Assembly: GCF_002113885.1 (NCBI RefSeq) | Contig: NW_018480075.1 | Span: 827,860-891,859 of the forward strand | Length of the DNA stretch: 64,000 nt | DNA from: Mizuhopecten yessoensis | Taxonomy: Eukaryota | Direction of reading: 5' to 3' | In this document: positions 35,576-50,091 of the stretch, piece by piece | Layout of the letters: each line of letters starts with the position of its first letter | How positions within the stretch are numbered: the stretch's first letter is position 1 | Program-made: the position numbers and the translations under genes | Notes under the pieces: generated by a model | The model's input: the letters and a program-made list of their open reading frames with translations, nothing else | Told to the model about the DNA's origin: nothing | The model's database searches: none

Positions 35576-38349
35576 GTAAAAAGCTGAATTTAGACACTCT
35601 TCGGTGAATGTTATAGAAAAGCATACAGGTAATTATTATCGATGTCCTGGAGCTTTGATGAGAAGTACAATGACACCTAATTTAAACAAATCCAGAAGCA
35701 TGTATGTAGGAAAACAAACTGGTAGTGTTCGATTAAAGCAGGTGTCATTGTCTATCAGCATTCATTATGAAGTTTAATGTTTTGTCTTATCGGCATAGCC
35801 AAATATCGACACCACGACATTTGGACACTTGATATTGACCTTTACAAGGGATTTATTCTGCTTTATTTCCAAACACAAGTTTGTAGTTGGCGGTAGTTTC
35901 CTTGGACGGAAGTTGGGGCGACAAATTGGGGGGGGGGGGCGATTTTCAGGAATCGGAGATAGTTTTGCTGGCAAACTGATGTATTTCAGAATTCCAAAGA
36001 CCTCTTGTTTTTAATTTAAGAACGCTGAAGCCTTACCATCGCTTACGGTAAGGTAAATTCGTCCCATTAAAAAGGAGGCTAATGGTTTATTTTAAACAAC
36101 AATACCGTCATCAAAGTGCAGAGTAGATAGAACGTGGTGAATAATGAAAAAAATTAGTCGACTTCCTAAGGTGTTTTCTCTAGATTGTTTTCAAAGATTT
36201 AATCTTAAAACGCATTCGTGTCTCTTACTTTAATCAAGTAGACAGTTGTTTTCAATTACATTTGCGATTAATCTTCCGTTCTCGCTGATGACATAAACTG
36301 AATTGAGAAAGTAGTTTTCTTTCTCAATAGTTTTCGGCGTTAATTGGATGTTTGATTGACCAATGAAGCGCACATATTCATTGATGTGAAATGTTTCTAT
36401 AAAATTCTCAAGCGCGTTCAGTTCAATTGTACGCCAGTGTGCGTTTGTTATTGTGCTTGTCAAATATAACTCATTTTGCTTGAATCATAAAATCCACTTG
36501 ATTGATATTACGTAATATCTAGATGTTTAACTGTTGATATCAAAGGTTTAAGTATTCAGTATTAATCATTGTAAACTGATTTTGTTGCTAAAATGTGATT
36601 CCAACTAGCCAAACCTCACTTTTATAGGAATTCTTGAAATTTCTATAATAAAATATTAAGTCCATTTAGTGATCATTTCATTTTAAAATCACGATCTAAT
36701 TATACCACTACACAATAACTCATAGATCTTCACCTTAGTATATCATGGGCTCTCGAAACAAACACGGAAATACCTTTGCCGACCGTGATAAAACTTAGGT
36801 TAAAGGATTTTTTTCATAAAACAGAAAGAAGCGTGTAGTTTTGAAATAAATAACTCCAATCTTGTCTTGAGAATTTTGTATCATAGCTGGAGTACGACAA
36901 GGTTATCAACTCAAATGTTTAGTTGACATTGATAAATCAAATACACCACTATCTATAAGAAAAATATTTGCTGATGAAGCTGCTGCCTTTTCCCATTTTT
37001 TTTATACATTTGAATACAGTAGAAGCTGTGATAAATTACAACAACAAAGTCCATTGTCTATAATTAGATACCTACAGCAACACACAAATATTTACCCGAT
37101 ATCGACATTTTCTGTGTGACGGTTCTTAATATCAATAGCTACATTGAATACACATCAAGATGAAATAGTTTTGAAATGTTCAAAAAATGTCTCCAATTTA
37201 AGAAAAGTGATGGTCATTTATTCAGAAATGTCATTTGAACATCTTTACCTCGGGTCTATAAGGCAGCTCGAACAATACGCTTACCAAGTTCGGAACAATT
37301 CTAATAAACCATGTTCAGTAAATATAGAAAATACTAAGCAGGTCACATTACTATGACTAACATTCGATATTGTGACGATATGTAGTTAAAACTGTATTGA
37401 TTTTAACCCAACAAATACTCCCAACTTTAAAACATTTTAAGGGAGGGTATCAGCTTGATAGACCCTTCACTTTAACAGTAGAACTGCGAAGTTGGTTGGC
37501 TAATGTCAAAGGCAAGTGTGAGCATGAATGTCGTCACAACACATTCTACGTCATTTCATTATGACGTCAATCACGTTGACATGTGCATTTGGGAATTGCT
37601 ACACATGCACGTCGCCGTCCCACAGTTGAATGAAATTGCCTATACACGTATGTGATCCGTTTTATATGTCTATGCTAAAACTACAAATTGCGTGTTTATT
37701 ATAAATCACTAGAGGAGAGTTGTCCTAGAAGACATTATATGAACCCAGCTTCGCGTATTCACCTATCAAAGTAAATATCTCAACATCTATATCTTCCAAT
37801 TATTTTCTCAATATATATTCATCTGACAAGTCGCACTGTGCCCCTTAACTACACACACGACATCATGTTTTGGTTTTCTGTGGGTTTAAAAGTACTTGTC
37901 TTTTTTCTGTTCTTGTCATTTCTGAAGTCTGAAAACATGAAATATTCACGACACGGCGCCGTTTGCTGCCGTGCCTGAGGTAATAATGATCGTACGCTGA
38001 AGTGTAACCTCTTGTCCCTGCCGTCCGTGACAAGAGATAGTTTTCTTTTTCTCTCATAGCTTGGCTCCTCAGGTCTATTTTGTGCAAGCATTTTTTTTTG
38101 TCAAATTTATAGGTTATTGGATGCAATGTAATTTCATATTGATGTCGGTGTTTAGTTTCCTGAATTTGCTTCGTATATACTTAACAAATTGATATATTTA
38201 CAGTAAAACCTCGATATAGTGCCCACTCATTCCATTTGCCAACTTGGTTTCCCGTTGACAAATGTAAAGTCCCATTTTGCTTATTTTTTTACCTTTCCCT
38301 CAATTCATGGTCACCGTCTTTATGATGCCAAAAAGATTTACATGGCGAT

Positions 38350-38757
38350 ACCTTACTTTTGTTTTCAAAGCTGAATGTTCGCTAAGGTGAGGAAGTCAAT
38401 GGGTCCACATTCCGGGACATACCAAAGTCCTTAAAAATGATACTCGTTATTCCCTGCTTAACGTTCAGCATTTAGCGAAATGGAAACAATTGGTTCACCT
38501 GGTGCAGTTTAATTAACCGGACGGAAACCTAGGCTGGGTGCCTTCGGTATGGTATTTCAGTGAGACAGCACTGTAATTTGGTTAATTAGGCATCATATAC
38601 GCAATATCGAAAAGGAGGCAATAACACCAACATAGCCTGTTTCCAGCACACATAAACACATGCACTCACATTACAAAAATTGAGGCACGTCCTTAAATGA
38701 CCTTAGGTGTTGATAGGACGTTAAACTATATAAAACCAAACCAAACCAAACAAACCG
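38350..38757 (+). mobile_element. Older copy of the same tRNA-SINE family as 13036-13543
   Basis: gacataccaaagtc..aaaaatg..cctgcttaacgttcagca..tttcagtgagacagcact..gtccttaaatgaccttaggtgttgataggacgttaaac..(aaacc)n. Confidence 0.75.
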
Positions 38758-41700
38758 AAAGCTTGACACGCTAAGGATTATATATTGCAGTCAGAATTTT
38801 CGTTATGCAAAGAATATAATGAGTCAAACTGCGATAAGACCTTGCGTAAAAATTGGAACTTTGGCATAACGATAAAATCAACCTTTGCCATTGTTGTTTA
38901 CTTACAACAAACGTTTAACTGTAATTGATAAACTGTCTAAGTCGCATATTAAATTGCGCCTGTCGACAACATCGTTAGTGATATGATACGTTGTCCACAC
39001 ATAAAAATTGGTATGAGAACGATCAGGAGGTCGTTTATAACAAATATGATCCTGAATTTCACAAACGGTTTTAATGTTTAACGAAGCCTAATTTATGGCT
39101 TGGGTTGTTGACATTGGAAATGTCAGGATACCGTGATGTGTACTGGCGTTCCTCCTTTACCTGTCAATGCGTACCGATAAAACTTCTATGGCGACAAAAT
39201 TATGATGGCCTCTATATGGGTCTCCTCGTTGATTGCTTATATACTGGCGTCAGAAAATATAAATGCTAAAATGGTACGTTTTCCCTTTCACTGGTCAAGA
39301 TTCTTTAACGGAAATGGGAGAGGATAGAGCAACCTATGTTGTCTCAAGCGATAACACTCATTCATATGGTTGATCCTGGTCAAGATAAATCTATCCGGAA
39401 GCCATCTGTCTTTATTACAGGAGATGCATTGCCACACCGGCGTCTAGAAAAAGCCTTTCACTTATTTACGTTCGGGACTTCCTTTGGTGGTACTACATTG
39501 ATATCTGGCAATGAGGCTATATAGATGTATAGATTTTATTTAATGTTCGGGAATCCTTTGCTTTTAAGGTAAATGTCATATATTATTTGTGGTTGTGTTC
39601 GAGGCCATAGTTCATTGATGATTATGTACTGATGGCGACGAAAAGGTGAAGTTGCCGTCTTTACCTTAATGGTCATAACCGTCATTTTTAGGGTTATGAT
39701 CGGGTGCCTTGAGGAATATAAGCGTTCTTAGTATGGTTGACAAATCTTCAGATTAAAGGGTAATCAATTGTATGATGAATTCCTTTACTTTACCCATCAT
39801 ACATAGCGGAAATGGTAGCGGACAGAGCAATCTGTAATGTCTCTTACGATAGATAACACTGAGTAATATCTTCTTGATAAAACTTACTTAGGAGTCATTT
39901 GTCTCTATTACGAGAAAGGCGCTGCCAAGCCGGAATCTGAAATTGCGCTTGCGACATCCTGTCCTATTACATCTGACCACCTATAGCGATTGCGGTCATT
40001 CATACATTGTTTTAATTAATTTTGGAAAATTGTTCGCTTTTCATGCAAATAATTTATTTAAATCACTTAACTGATGTTATATCGATTTTTTATAAAAAGA
40101 CATGCATATGACGTTTGTCCGATAACTGATTTACCCAAGTTGGTGTTTGTGTATTATATCCTTGTATTCATAATCCTATTTTACAAGCGATTCACTTAAT
40201 TGTTCGAATATCACATTTCAACGATTTGACTGATTGCATCTTATTAAAGCACACACATTTACAACCAGAATCCACGAATCGGATTATATTTCCATTAACT
40301 GAAATATCAATTTTCCGCGCATTATCGGTCGTCTGCAAATATTTGTTTGATAACACTTGTCTTCTGCATCCGTCGTGGGTCATTTTACGACATCTGACTT
40401 TTGTCTATCAAATCTACACAAACCGAATGAAGCTCTGATTTCCTAAACCACTAAAAATTAAAATAAACATCGGTGTTATTGCCATTTATAACCGGATTAT
40501 TTGATTTGTTTTGTAATGTAGCGCAAACGTAACCTATTTTCTAAACCCGATAACATTTTTTACTGTAGAATATCGCTTTTAAAATTCATGTGATGATACT
40601 TTAATTGGAAAGTTCGATCGGTTTTGTTTTAATGGAATGCCATGACGGCTGTTTGTTTTACTAAAGAATATCATTTGTTTAAAATGTGTAACAGAAAATA
40701 AACCGATTTCAAATTAGCAGTATTGATTCTTAAAAACGATATGTAGTATATATACAAAGACATTTATCACTCGTCATTTATTGTTTTGTTTACAACATTA
40801 GTTAATATTTATATGTTTGCGAGTATGCACTCTGATGACTCGTTAAAATGTCCCTATCGTGTAACATGTAGTTTTTCTTTCCAATAGAAATTTTCAATAA
40901 TTAACTTTAATTTGTGAACATCATCGTAACGCCACCATTGGCATCTAAATCTGTTTGTTGTTTAACGGTTACAATCAAGCTAAACTTAAAAGGAAATTTA
41001 AGCATTTCATTGTCAGTTTTGATTTGATTTTATAATACCGTTGTCGACAAGTAGTTTATCATAAGACTAAGAAAAAATGACATTTCTGCTTTTGTTTAAT
41101 CCATATTTTTTATCCTCACTTGCTATTGATTTGTCATTTGATACACGCACTGTGCGATTTTTATCGCTTTGGCAGATTCTATAAAGTGGCAATAAAATAA
41201 TCTTCATTTACGTCATCGCAATTTCCGGTTGACAACTATGTGCCGCGACTCGTGCGAGCGAGCGCGCGCGCGCGCAGCACTAATACTCTCGTTCTCTCGA
41301 TTAGATTGTCCACAACAACTCTTGACGTGAATAAGTGTATGTGTGGATATTTTTATTGACAACCTTGATTGTAGTCCAACGCTTCGTCAAGTATTGGTTC
41401 GAGACCATTTACCGATATAGTCGATACTTATACTCGCTCCCCGTGATGGCGTTCAGGCGTCATGTTTAATGGCAGGGGATTTAACAGTTCCGATTAATCA
41501 CAAGCTAGTAATACACCCGTCAACAAACACCCCACTTATCTGTGAAATAACTGTCTGCATTCATCGATCACTGCATATGTGTAACAAGTTATCGTCCTGA
41601 TCAAGTCGTGTCTGCATACTGGTATCAAATATGGCCCTCCATATTTATATTTATCTTCGCTTTTGTTCCTCTCGTATGAGTCGGAATATTTCACCTGCAT

Positions 41701-41804
41701 GTTATGCAACGTTTATCCGGTGTTATGTTTTCCCCCTTTATTTAACCTTAAACAGAAAATGAGATATATTTAAAATTAGAACCATCGATTATAAACTAAC
41801 AAAG

Positions 41805-41980
41805 CAACGAGAAGATACCGAAGTGTCAATAATACCGTAATTTGAACTCAAAATCGATAAAACAAGGACAGAATGTGAACAAAAGAAAGATTGACTCGGA
41901 TACAATAGAAAAGTACAAAGCGTAAAAGACCATGTGTTCCGGATAGATAAGCGTCTTCTGTTTCATCGACGACATCTAGG
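41805..41980 (-). mobile_element. Fragment of a common mollusc interspersed repeat (RTE-3'-end/SINE-like family)
   Basis: gaagataccgaag...gtgttccggatagataagcgtcttctg is the reverse of the core seen at 43060, 48725 and 60585. Confidence 0.4.
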
Positions 41981-43059
41981 TCAAATACAAATAATGTCAC
42001 GTCTTGATAGCAAGAACCAGGCCAGTGGTAACAACAACAGGGCATATTCAATAACGTCGACCTTCACATCAAACAAAGAAATCACACATTTTCCAACCAA
42101 AGCTGCAAACATTAAAATCGAGGCAAAAACGAAAATTGCGGTGACCTATTCTCTTTTCCACATGTTTTGTGTTAATTTGGCTTTCGCTCCGAACTTTTAT
42201 GCCGCACTTTTAACCCGAACACTTCGACTTCAAAATTCTGGCCTCCAGCATGGCTTATAAAATTTTAATATCCGACACATGTCCCGTGCACTTAATTTTT
42301 GTTTTCTCCTAGCGTTTAATTACGTACTTTTAATAAGAATAGCTTTCCTATAACGAAATCAATGCGATATTACCGTTATGGATTTGTGTCAAATCGCTAT
42401 TTTCAAATTTAACTCACACTTTCATTAATATGCCATCACAGAATATTTATTTTATTACATTTAAAATTTTCGTCACTTTGTCAGTCGTTTTAATAAGCAT
42501 ATTGATTATGAATTAGAACTTGGCATGTTTGAATAACATTAGCTTACTTTGTAGGCATTAAACTTAATTATAACTATAATAGACACTTCACTAACAAAAC
42601 GAAGACCATTTATCTACGCTACAGCATTAATGGACAACTCATTACCAAACTTAAAAACGAACTTAACGACTGTTAACTTTCTTGTCCTCAGAAGGAGAAT
42701 ACATGTTCCTGTCCTAAGTGGTTACATACTAACCTCCTCTCCTCTGTCGAAATATATCAGCCATAAAATAATCGTGTATGAAGTTTTACATATCGGAGTA
42801 AATTTGCTATTCCTGGGCCTTGATTAAGTATCAGAATTGTTAAGATAAATGCAACATGCTGATCAATAAGTTAAATTTACGTCTACATGGTTTTCTACCG
42901 GAAACACGCAAATCTACACAGAAAATGTACGATTATTAGCAGTAACCCTTATCTACAACTGCGTGATCTATACGTCTGCAATGATTAAAAGACTTTATAA
43001 CTGTATCATAAATCCATGTTGGCCGACACACTATCCTATTTGACAATAAAAAAAAATTG

Positions 43060-43345
43060 TGCAGTATCGCTTGTCCTTCAGGAACGTCTGGTCTTGCCTG
43101 TGGCTGTAGTTGGGGTTCCACATGCCTTTCCTTTTGTTTCATTTTCTCCTCAAACCCTCGTGTTTTACCTTTTTGTATTGACTTCGAGAATCGATTATGT
43201 TGTGTTGACTGCTGATGCCGTGTTATATATTGTCCTTGTGTATTCTTTGTGCGACAAAGCTGTAATATATTTTGTCGTTTTGTGTTTATGTCATGATACT
43301 TGGTTTTCTATTTCTAAGAAATACTTCCATCGTCTTTCTTGATGT
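43060..43345 (+). mobile_element. Decayed copy of the same RTE/SINE-like repeat with T-rich tail
   Basis: gcagtatcgcttgtccttcaggaacgtctgg...ggggttcc followed by a T-rich tail. Confidence 0.4.
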
Positions 43346-44011
43346 CATATTTTTTTTTCTTATTGTTTTCTGCTCTTTTTTGTTGTTGTCTTCTCTATTC
43401 TAAAGGTCTCTTTTTGTCGATTACTGGTTCAGATTTGTTTCTTAGTTGTAGTGTAATTCCTACATTTTATCTGCAAACATGATTGTGTGAAAAATCGATC
43501 TAAATCAATATCCTTTGTTTCCTTTTTGTTAGATATATGTCTATTTCAAACCTTGTTTATTCATCTTTATGTATCATCTTTATACCGCACACACTCAATC
43601 CAAATCTGCATTATTTCACTGACAACAAGAATAGAAAATTAATGGCTTGTTTAAATGAGGAATTGTGATGACATATATATCCGTTATTCCTGGCGCCGTA
43701 AAAAAAAAGGTTGTTTTCTTTGCCAATCTCTTGTTGTCGATCCAAGCTGTTGAAAGTTCCCGACTTTTTCAAAACAATACCTAGTGGCAAAAATAACAAA
43801 TGGCATTGTAAATAACTGACCAGAGTTATTAAAGCACTTTGTCCTGATTAATCAGCCATTTATAGGAATATGACATTTCATCGCAAATTACATCATTCCT
43901 TTGTCATTAATTTGAGTTAAGATTGAAATAAAAAAATATAGGCAGATCCGGGGTTGGAGGTAGTGGTTTGGATTGATTGTTTTAGATTCCAAGGGTCTGG
44001 AAACTCCCCCC

Positions 44012-44459
44012 NNNNNNNNNNNNNNNNNNNNNNNNNNNNNNNNNNNNNNNNNNNNNNNNNNNNNNNNNNNNNNNNNNNNNNNNNNNNNNNNNNNNNNNNN
44101 NNNNNNNNNNNNNNNNNNNNNNNNNNNNNNNNNNNNNNNNNNNNNNNNNNNNNNNNNNNNNNNNNNNNNNNNNNNNNNNNNNNNNNNNNNNNNNNNNNNN
44201 NNNNNNNNNNNNNNNNNNNNNNNNNNNNNNNNNNNNNNNNNNNNNNNNNNNNNNNNNNNNNNNNNNNNNNNNNNNNNNNNNNNNNNNNNNNNNNNNNNNN
44301 NNNNNNNNNNNNNNNNNNNNNNNNNNNNNNNNNNNNNNNNNNNNNNNNNNNNNNNNNNNNNNNNNNNNNNNNNNNNNNNNNNNNNNNNNNNNNNNNNNNN
44401 NNNNNNNNNNNNNNNNNNNNNNNNNNNNNNNNNNNNNNNNNNNNNNNNNNNNNNNNNNN
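44012..44459. other. Assembly gap (N run)
   Basis: N run in sequence. Confidence 1.
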
Positions 44460-46919
44460 CACCGAATGTTTTTCATGATTTAAACATTTAAACTAAAAGT
44501 CGACAACTTTATATTATATTAAAAACATTGCCTCCCTCTGTACGGCGTTCAAGGTTGTCTCCCATCAAATGTAAGTCATCAATGATATCAGTCTCAGAGA
44601 ACATTTCTTTAATCATTGTAGATACAGCAGAATCTTATTATCTAAGTCCTGTCACGATGCCGATATTCGGTGAATATTTATGTCTAATTGGTACAAAACG
44701 CGCGGGCGAGTAGTCCCACGGGCTATCAAGACGATCACGATTTTTAGAACTGGAATAACGAATCTACATTGATATATAATCTCAATCAGCAGGAGGGTGG
44801 TATGTTACTGAGCGAATGACATCTAAAGTACAACATTGTGTTCTATAAAACGTCTTCACCAATTATAGTAATATTACCGGGGCGGGCATCTCATGCGCCA
44901 AAATGGTGGAGCAGTTCGTGATGCGTTTCCGGTTGCCCATCTAGCAGAGCTACTAGACTTCCGACAGAGTCTCAACCTCTGGGGCAAGTTATAAACGAAT
45001 CAGCCGTGTGGAAATAATCTAATTCTGTACTGTAACGTTCCTTGGAATTGAATAATGATTTCCGTATATGTTATAGATCTATAGCTAGTGTCACAACACG
45101 CGTCTGTATTTCAACTCTAGCGCCTGTCCTCGCTCGTTTCGTTATGTAACTAATGATAATGATATATGTAACCATGATATACACTAGTTTGATCTCAAAT
45201 AATACAAAGGTGTCTCCCCTTGGTAAGTAATAGAAACATCAGCGTTAAACCTTAGCGAGCATTTGCTTAAGATGTACATGTAGTGTTATTTATTCTTCAC
45301 ATTTGACTTTGCTATTCTTCGCTATTCACGAGATAAATATATATTGGAACTTGATGGTATTGGTTCGCATGTCCCTAAGCACTGACCAACGATAATTTTC
45401 CTATTCACTCTCCGTAAGTTCTACAAGTCCATTGGGGAATACTGAACTTCAGACGTGTTTAAGTTTAATGTTCTAAGTAATAACCTGAACAATACGTTGT
45501 CATAAGTATGCGTTAATGGAAGTAACCTTCGCAGGTTTTGAACCAAAGGTGTGCAACCTTTCATGTTACATACTCTCGCTGAGTAATCTGCCATCAAAGT
45601 CGATGTTGTACAGACGTTTGCTTTCGTGCTCCTCTGTGCGTTTGGAAGTAATGGTAATTCTCATCTCTTGGGAGAAATGAACTGTCACGCGGATGGTGAT
45701 AAGAGTTTATACAATTTCATAATAATGAACGATTCTTGGCGTAACTTTCAACAAGGCTGTCGTATATGGTCACGACTTACTTCTTGCAGACTTTGTTAAC
45801 GACTGCCGGGAATATAAAGCAAGATTTATGCTCATATATATTCATGTTAACGATTCGAGCGTTAAAGTCGAATTTGCTTAAAGATGTGTACTCATCTATT
45901 TCCCCCACCAGTGCTGAAACCAGCCAAAATTAGATAGATGTGTGTAATTAAAGGGATCTAACAAAGCTTGAAAGCTATGATAAAGAAAACCATTGATGAA
46001 GTGTTGTAAAAGTCTCTACTATTGAACTTAATCAATACTGTGTTAGTTGTGATTAATGCCAACATTCCAAAATATTTCTTGGAAAAGCATTTGTTGCTTC
46101 GTTGCGTGCTCCGTATGATTCACGGAACTAAAGTGAGAGGATCAATGATCTGATGCGAGAAGAACATTTCTGAAATGTAGAAAAAGTACCTGAAAGGAAA
46201 CACAACTGACATGGAATGCAGCCTTTATAGAGGCCATGCATGAAGAAAATATGCAATTCAATGATTTTAAAGTAACCCTTATTGTTTTTCAAAAAAGCAA
46301 TAGTCTTTGTTTTCAAAACTAAAACAAAAAACTCAAAACAGCTGTAAGATTGGAATCAACTGATATTGCCGTTACTGTTGTGACGTTACGGGTGTACATC
46401 GTCTCTATAGTGCTGATCTAATAGTTGGTCAATGATAACCCCTCCATTTTCAGTGACGTCAGAAGTGACCACGCCAAGTTCATTGACGTTAGGAAAATAT
46501 AACCCATAGTTGGCGATGGTAGACATAACCAAACATTCCAAACAGGAAACAATTATCTCGACATTGTTCAGTTAAAATCGATTTGATTGCAAACTGTTTA
46601 CAAAGGATCACAAACCTTTACGTCATTTCCGTTATAAGAGTGCTGGGTTATATTAATGTGACATGAAGTTTGTTTTAACTACATTCAGACTAACGAATAA
46701 ACAAATAGAGCCCATGGCAGTAATAAGGTATATAACGCCTGTGTTTTTCGAATTGATTATTGTTGTAGTTATATAAGTTTCCGATGTTGACGTTAAAACC
46801 TGTTCCATAATTGACTTGCTACCTAGTCAAATGACACAAGTCACGTGATAGTGTTGTCTTACTCCTTCAGCATTACTGTCATCGTGTAAGCGAACCTATT
46901 CTTTCTTTTCTATTCTAAA

Positions 46920-47948
46920 ACAACAACAAACACACAGCCACCAAAACAAAACAGCCACAACTAGCAACACTTACACAACAACACTAATACAACAACACTA
47001 ACACAACAACACTAATACAACAACACTAACACAACAATACTAACACAGCAGCATTAACACAAAAATATACACAACAACATTATACACCACAACACTAACA
47101 CAACAACAATAACAACAACTAATACTACAACACTAACATAACAATACTAACACAACAATACACACAACAACACTAACACAACAACAAACACAACAACTGA
47201 CACAACAACACTAACACAACAACACTAACACAACAACACTAACACAACAACAGACATAACAACACTAACACAACAACTCTAACACAACAACACTAATACA
47301 ACAACACTACGCAACAATCCTAACACAACAATACCCACAACAACACTAACACAACAACACTAATACAACAGCACTACGCAACAATACTAACACAACAATA
47401 CCCACAACAACACTAATACAATAACACTAACACAACAATACTAACACAACAATGCACACAACAACAAACACAGCAGCACTAACACAACAACACTAACACA
47501 ACAATACACACAACTACACCAACACAACAACGATACACACAACAACACTAACAAAACAACACTAACACAACAAACACAACAACAAACACAACACCAAACA
47601 CAACAACAAACACAACAACACTAACACAACAACAAACACAACAACACCAACACAACAACGATACACACAACAACACTAACAAAACAACACTAACACAACA
47701 AACACAACAACAAACACAACAACAAACACAACAACGAACACAACAATACTAACACAAAAATACACACAACAACAAACACAACAACACTAACACAACAACA
47801 AACACAACAACAAACACAACAACACTAACACAACAACACTAATACAACAACGAACACAACAATACTAACACAAAAATACACACAACAACAAACACAACAA
47901 CACTAATACAACAACAAGCACAACAACATTAAACACAGCAACAACAAC
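46920..47948. repeat. ~1-kb compound CA-rich simple repeat (main unit cacaacaacactaa, 14 bp)
   Basis: Almost G-free strand; 12-14-bp variant units. Confidence 0.95.
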
Positions 47949-48719
47949 TCATGCGTGCTTCTGACAACAAACTGTTAGATGGTTTCCATTTTCGATCAAC
48001 AGAGATACCATGACCTAGCGCAGGTGTTGCTACTTGGAATTCAATCAAGCGAACACAAATGCTGTATGCATCATTGGACAGGGTTGCCTGTATAATACGC
48101 AGCTACGGTGCCTGTGTTTGCAAATGAACACGTCCATCAGTTTTGTGTGTCTGGTGAAAATCTCCACCAGAATTTGCACGACCTTTAGTCCCACGTACAA
48201 GTCGATCGCGTGACAGTGAGTTTTCCTCCAGGGCAACAGAGCCGAATGTGTTACACTAATTAGTTGGCTTCAGAATATCTTTCGACTTATGGTGTTCAAT
48301 TTCACAGACAATTCTTGTTGGTTGCTTTTGTATAGTAAATCATTGTAGAGTCAGTCAATGAAATCAACTTTTGTACCGGAAGTGTGGTATGCTGTAAATA
48401 TAAGAACTCGGTGCATATAGTAAACTTCTTCTGTTTGTATGGTAGGTTTAGAACAAGTCATATCTGCATTAAGAATATCTTTCAACAGACTTTTTTCGTA
48501 CCTTTCAATGTTTTTAATGTGCTGATACAATTATAATAAATCCATTGGCGTTCAAATATAATCGCAAAAAATAATTATCAAATGATGTGTATTTTCTGAT
48601 TTAAGATCAAATTTTCTTTCTATTCAAATTTAATTTTGCATGTATCTGTGAAACAATATCCAATGATTTGATTTGTCATAGATCATTGATAATTGACACG
48701 GTTTCATGGAATTGGCGGA

Positions 48720-48900
48720 GAACATACTAACGGGTGCCACATGTGGTGCAGAGATAACTGACACTTCCGGAACACGTGGTTGCACCACCTGGGGATTAAT
48801 GAGGTCTTCCCTTTTGGTTTGGTGTCTTCATTGTATCTAGTGTTGTTTTCAGGCTTCAGCTTTGTGAGTTGACAGTGTCTAGTATTTCTGTATCCGTTTT
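48720..48900 (+). mobile_element. Copy of the RTE/SINE-like repeat
   Basis: acgggtgccacatgtggtgcagagataactgacacttccggaacacgtgg core plus T-rich tail. Confidence 0.5.
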
Positions 48901-50091
48901 ACTCCCCTCTCTAATTATTCCAATCGGCATTTTGATTGGCTACTCACTTCGCATTTACGCCAGGATAGTGTTATGACGTCAGAGTATTGTTGTATAATGG
49001 TTTTGAATTTTCATCAAAATGTCACATTACCACTGAGTTCATTCTTGATGACTACAATTGTTGTGTATAACAGCTCGCAGTCTTGTGCTAACTTTTGTGT
49101 GTTCAGGTGTAATGTTTATAGATCTGAACAACAAATGCAATATTTTTAGTTAAACTGTTTATTTGAAATTTTGAAATATACACAAATCATTATAACGGTA
49201 TTTTTCTTTCTTATGTCAGTGCCATTGCTCGGCCGCTCAAAGTTTGGTTAGCCTCACGAGTCGATTTTTTTTAAAATCTTTTCCTCGATATTTTTTATGT
49301 AAAATGAGAAAATACTAATTTTGCTTTTTTGCCTCCCTAGATTATCCTTTTGGAGTCATTATACATGTACATGTATTCTTAGGTTTTTAATTTTCATTTT
49401 CAATTTTTAATTTTATGATTATATACTTTTTGAACAATTTGCGGTAATTTATCTTAAAGCTAACTATGCTAGAGCATCAGGGCCTCGCATTTTTAAACAA
49501 GATTTGCAGGAAACTGACAAAAACTAATTAGGTAGTTGAATGATTAATAAACGCAAACAACACTAAAACCGTTATCTGAGAAAAATGTATTCCATTTTTA
49601 CAGTTCCGTCCTCGCTAATTTATATCTCGTTAATCTCGAAGCTCGTGCTTAAAATGTGCAATCAATCGCGGAGATTGCAATAATTACGATGTCACTCAAT
49701 ATCACCCATTAGATAGCATACACACCATTCTAATCCGTTAGATAGAGTGAGATATATGTTTTTTGAAGTTACGTTTCAAAACATATTTTGTTAGAATGAA
49801 CCACGCCAAAATAGATTCAGACACCTGCTGCACCGGATGTACTTTGTTAGCTTAATTTTTCTTCAGCGAAAATGTTCAAATTCGCTTTGTTGTCAATATG
49901 ATACATTTTATCAATATTGACGCATTTGTGTTTGCACTGGCATATATTCAGGTAGTCACCTGTGACTACCTTAGGTCACTCTCTCTTTAAGGTATTATTG
50001 TTACTCAGGTCACTCCTCCTTCTTTGTAAGTGGCTACACAGAGGACACGTGGCCGGAGATAGCCACATTATACAGAGGTGAGAATTTATCT

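Noticed and set aside
35774-35974. Proline-rich ORF MPAKLSPIPENRPPPP
   Set aside because: Driven by a G homopolymer; no splice or homology support.
43917-44491. ORFs spanning N runs (also 10195-10470)
   Set aside because: Artefacts of assembly gaps.
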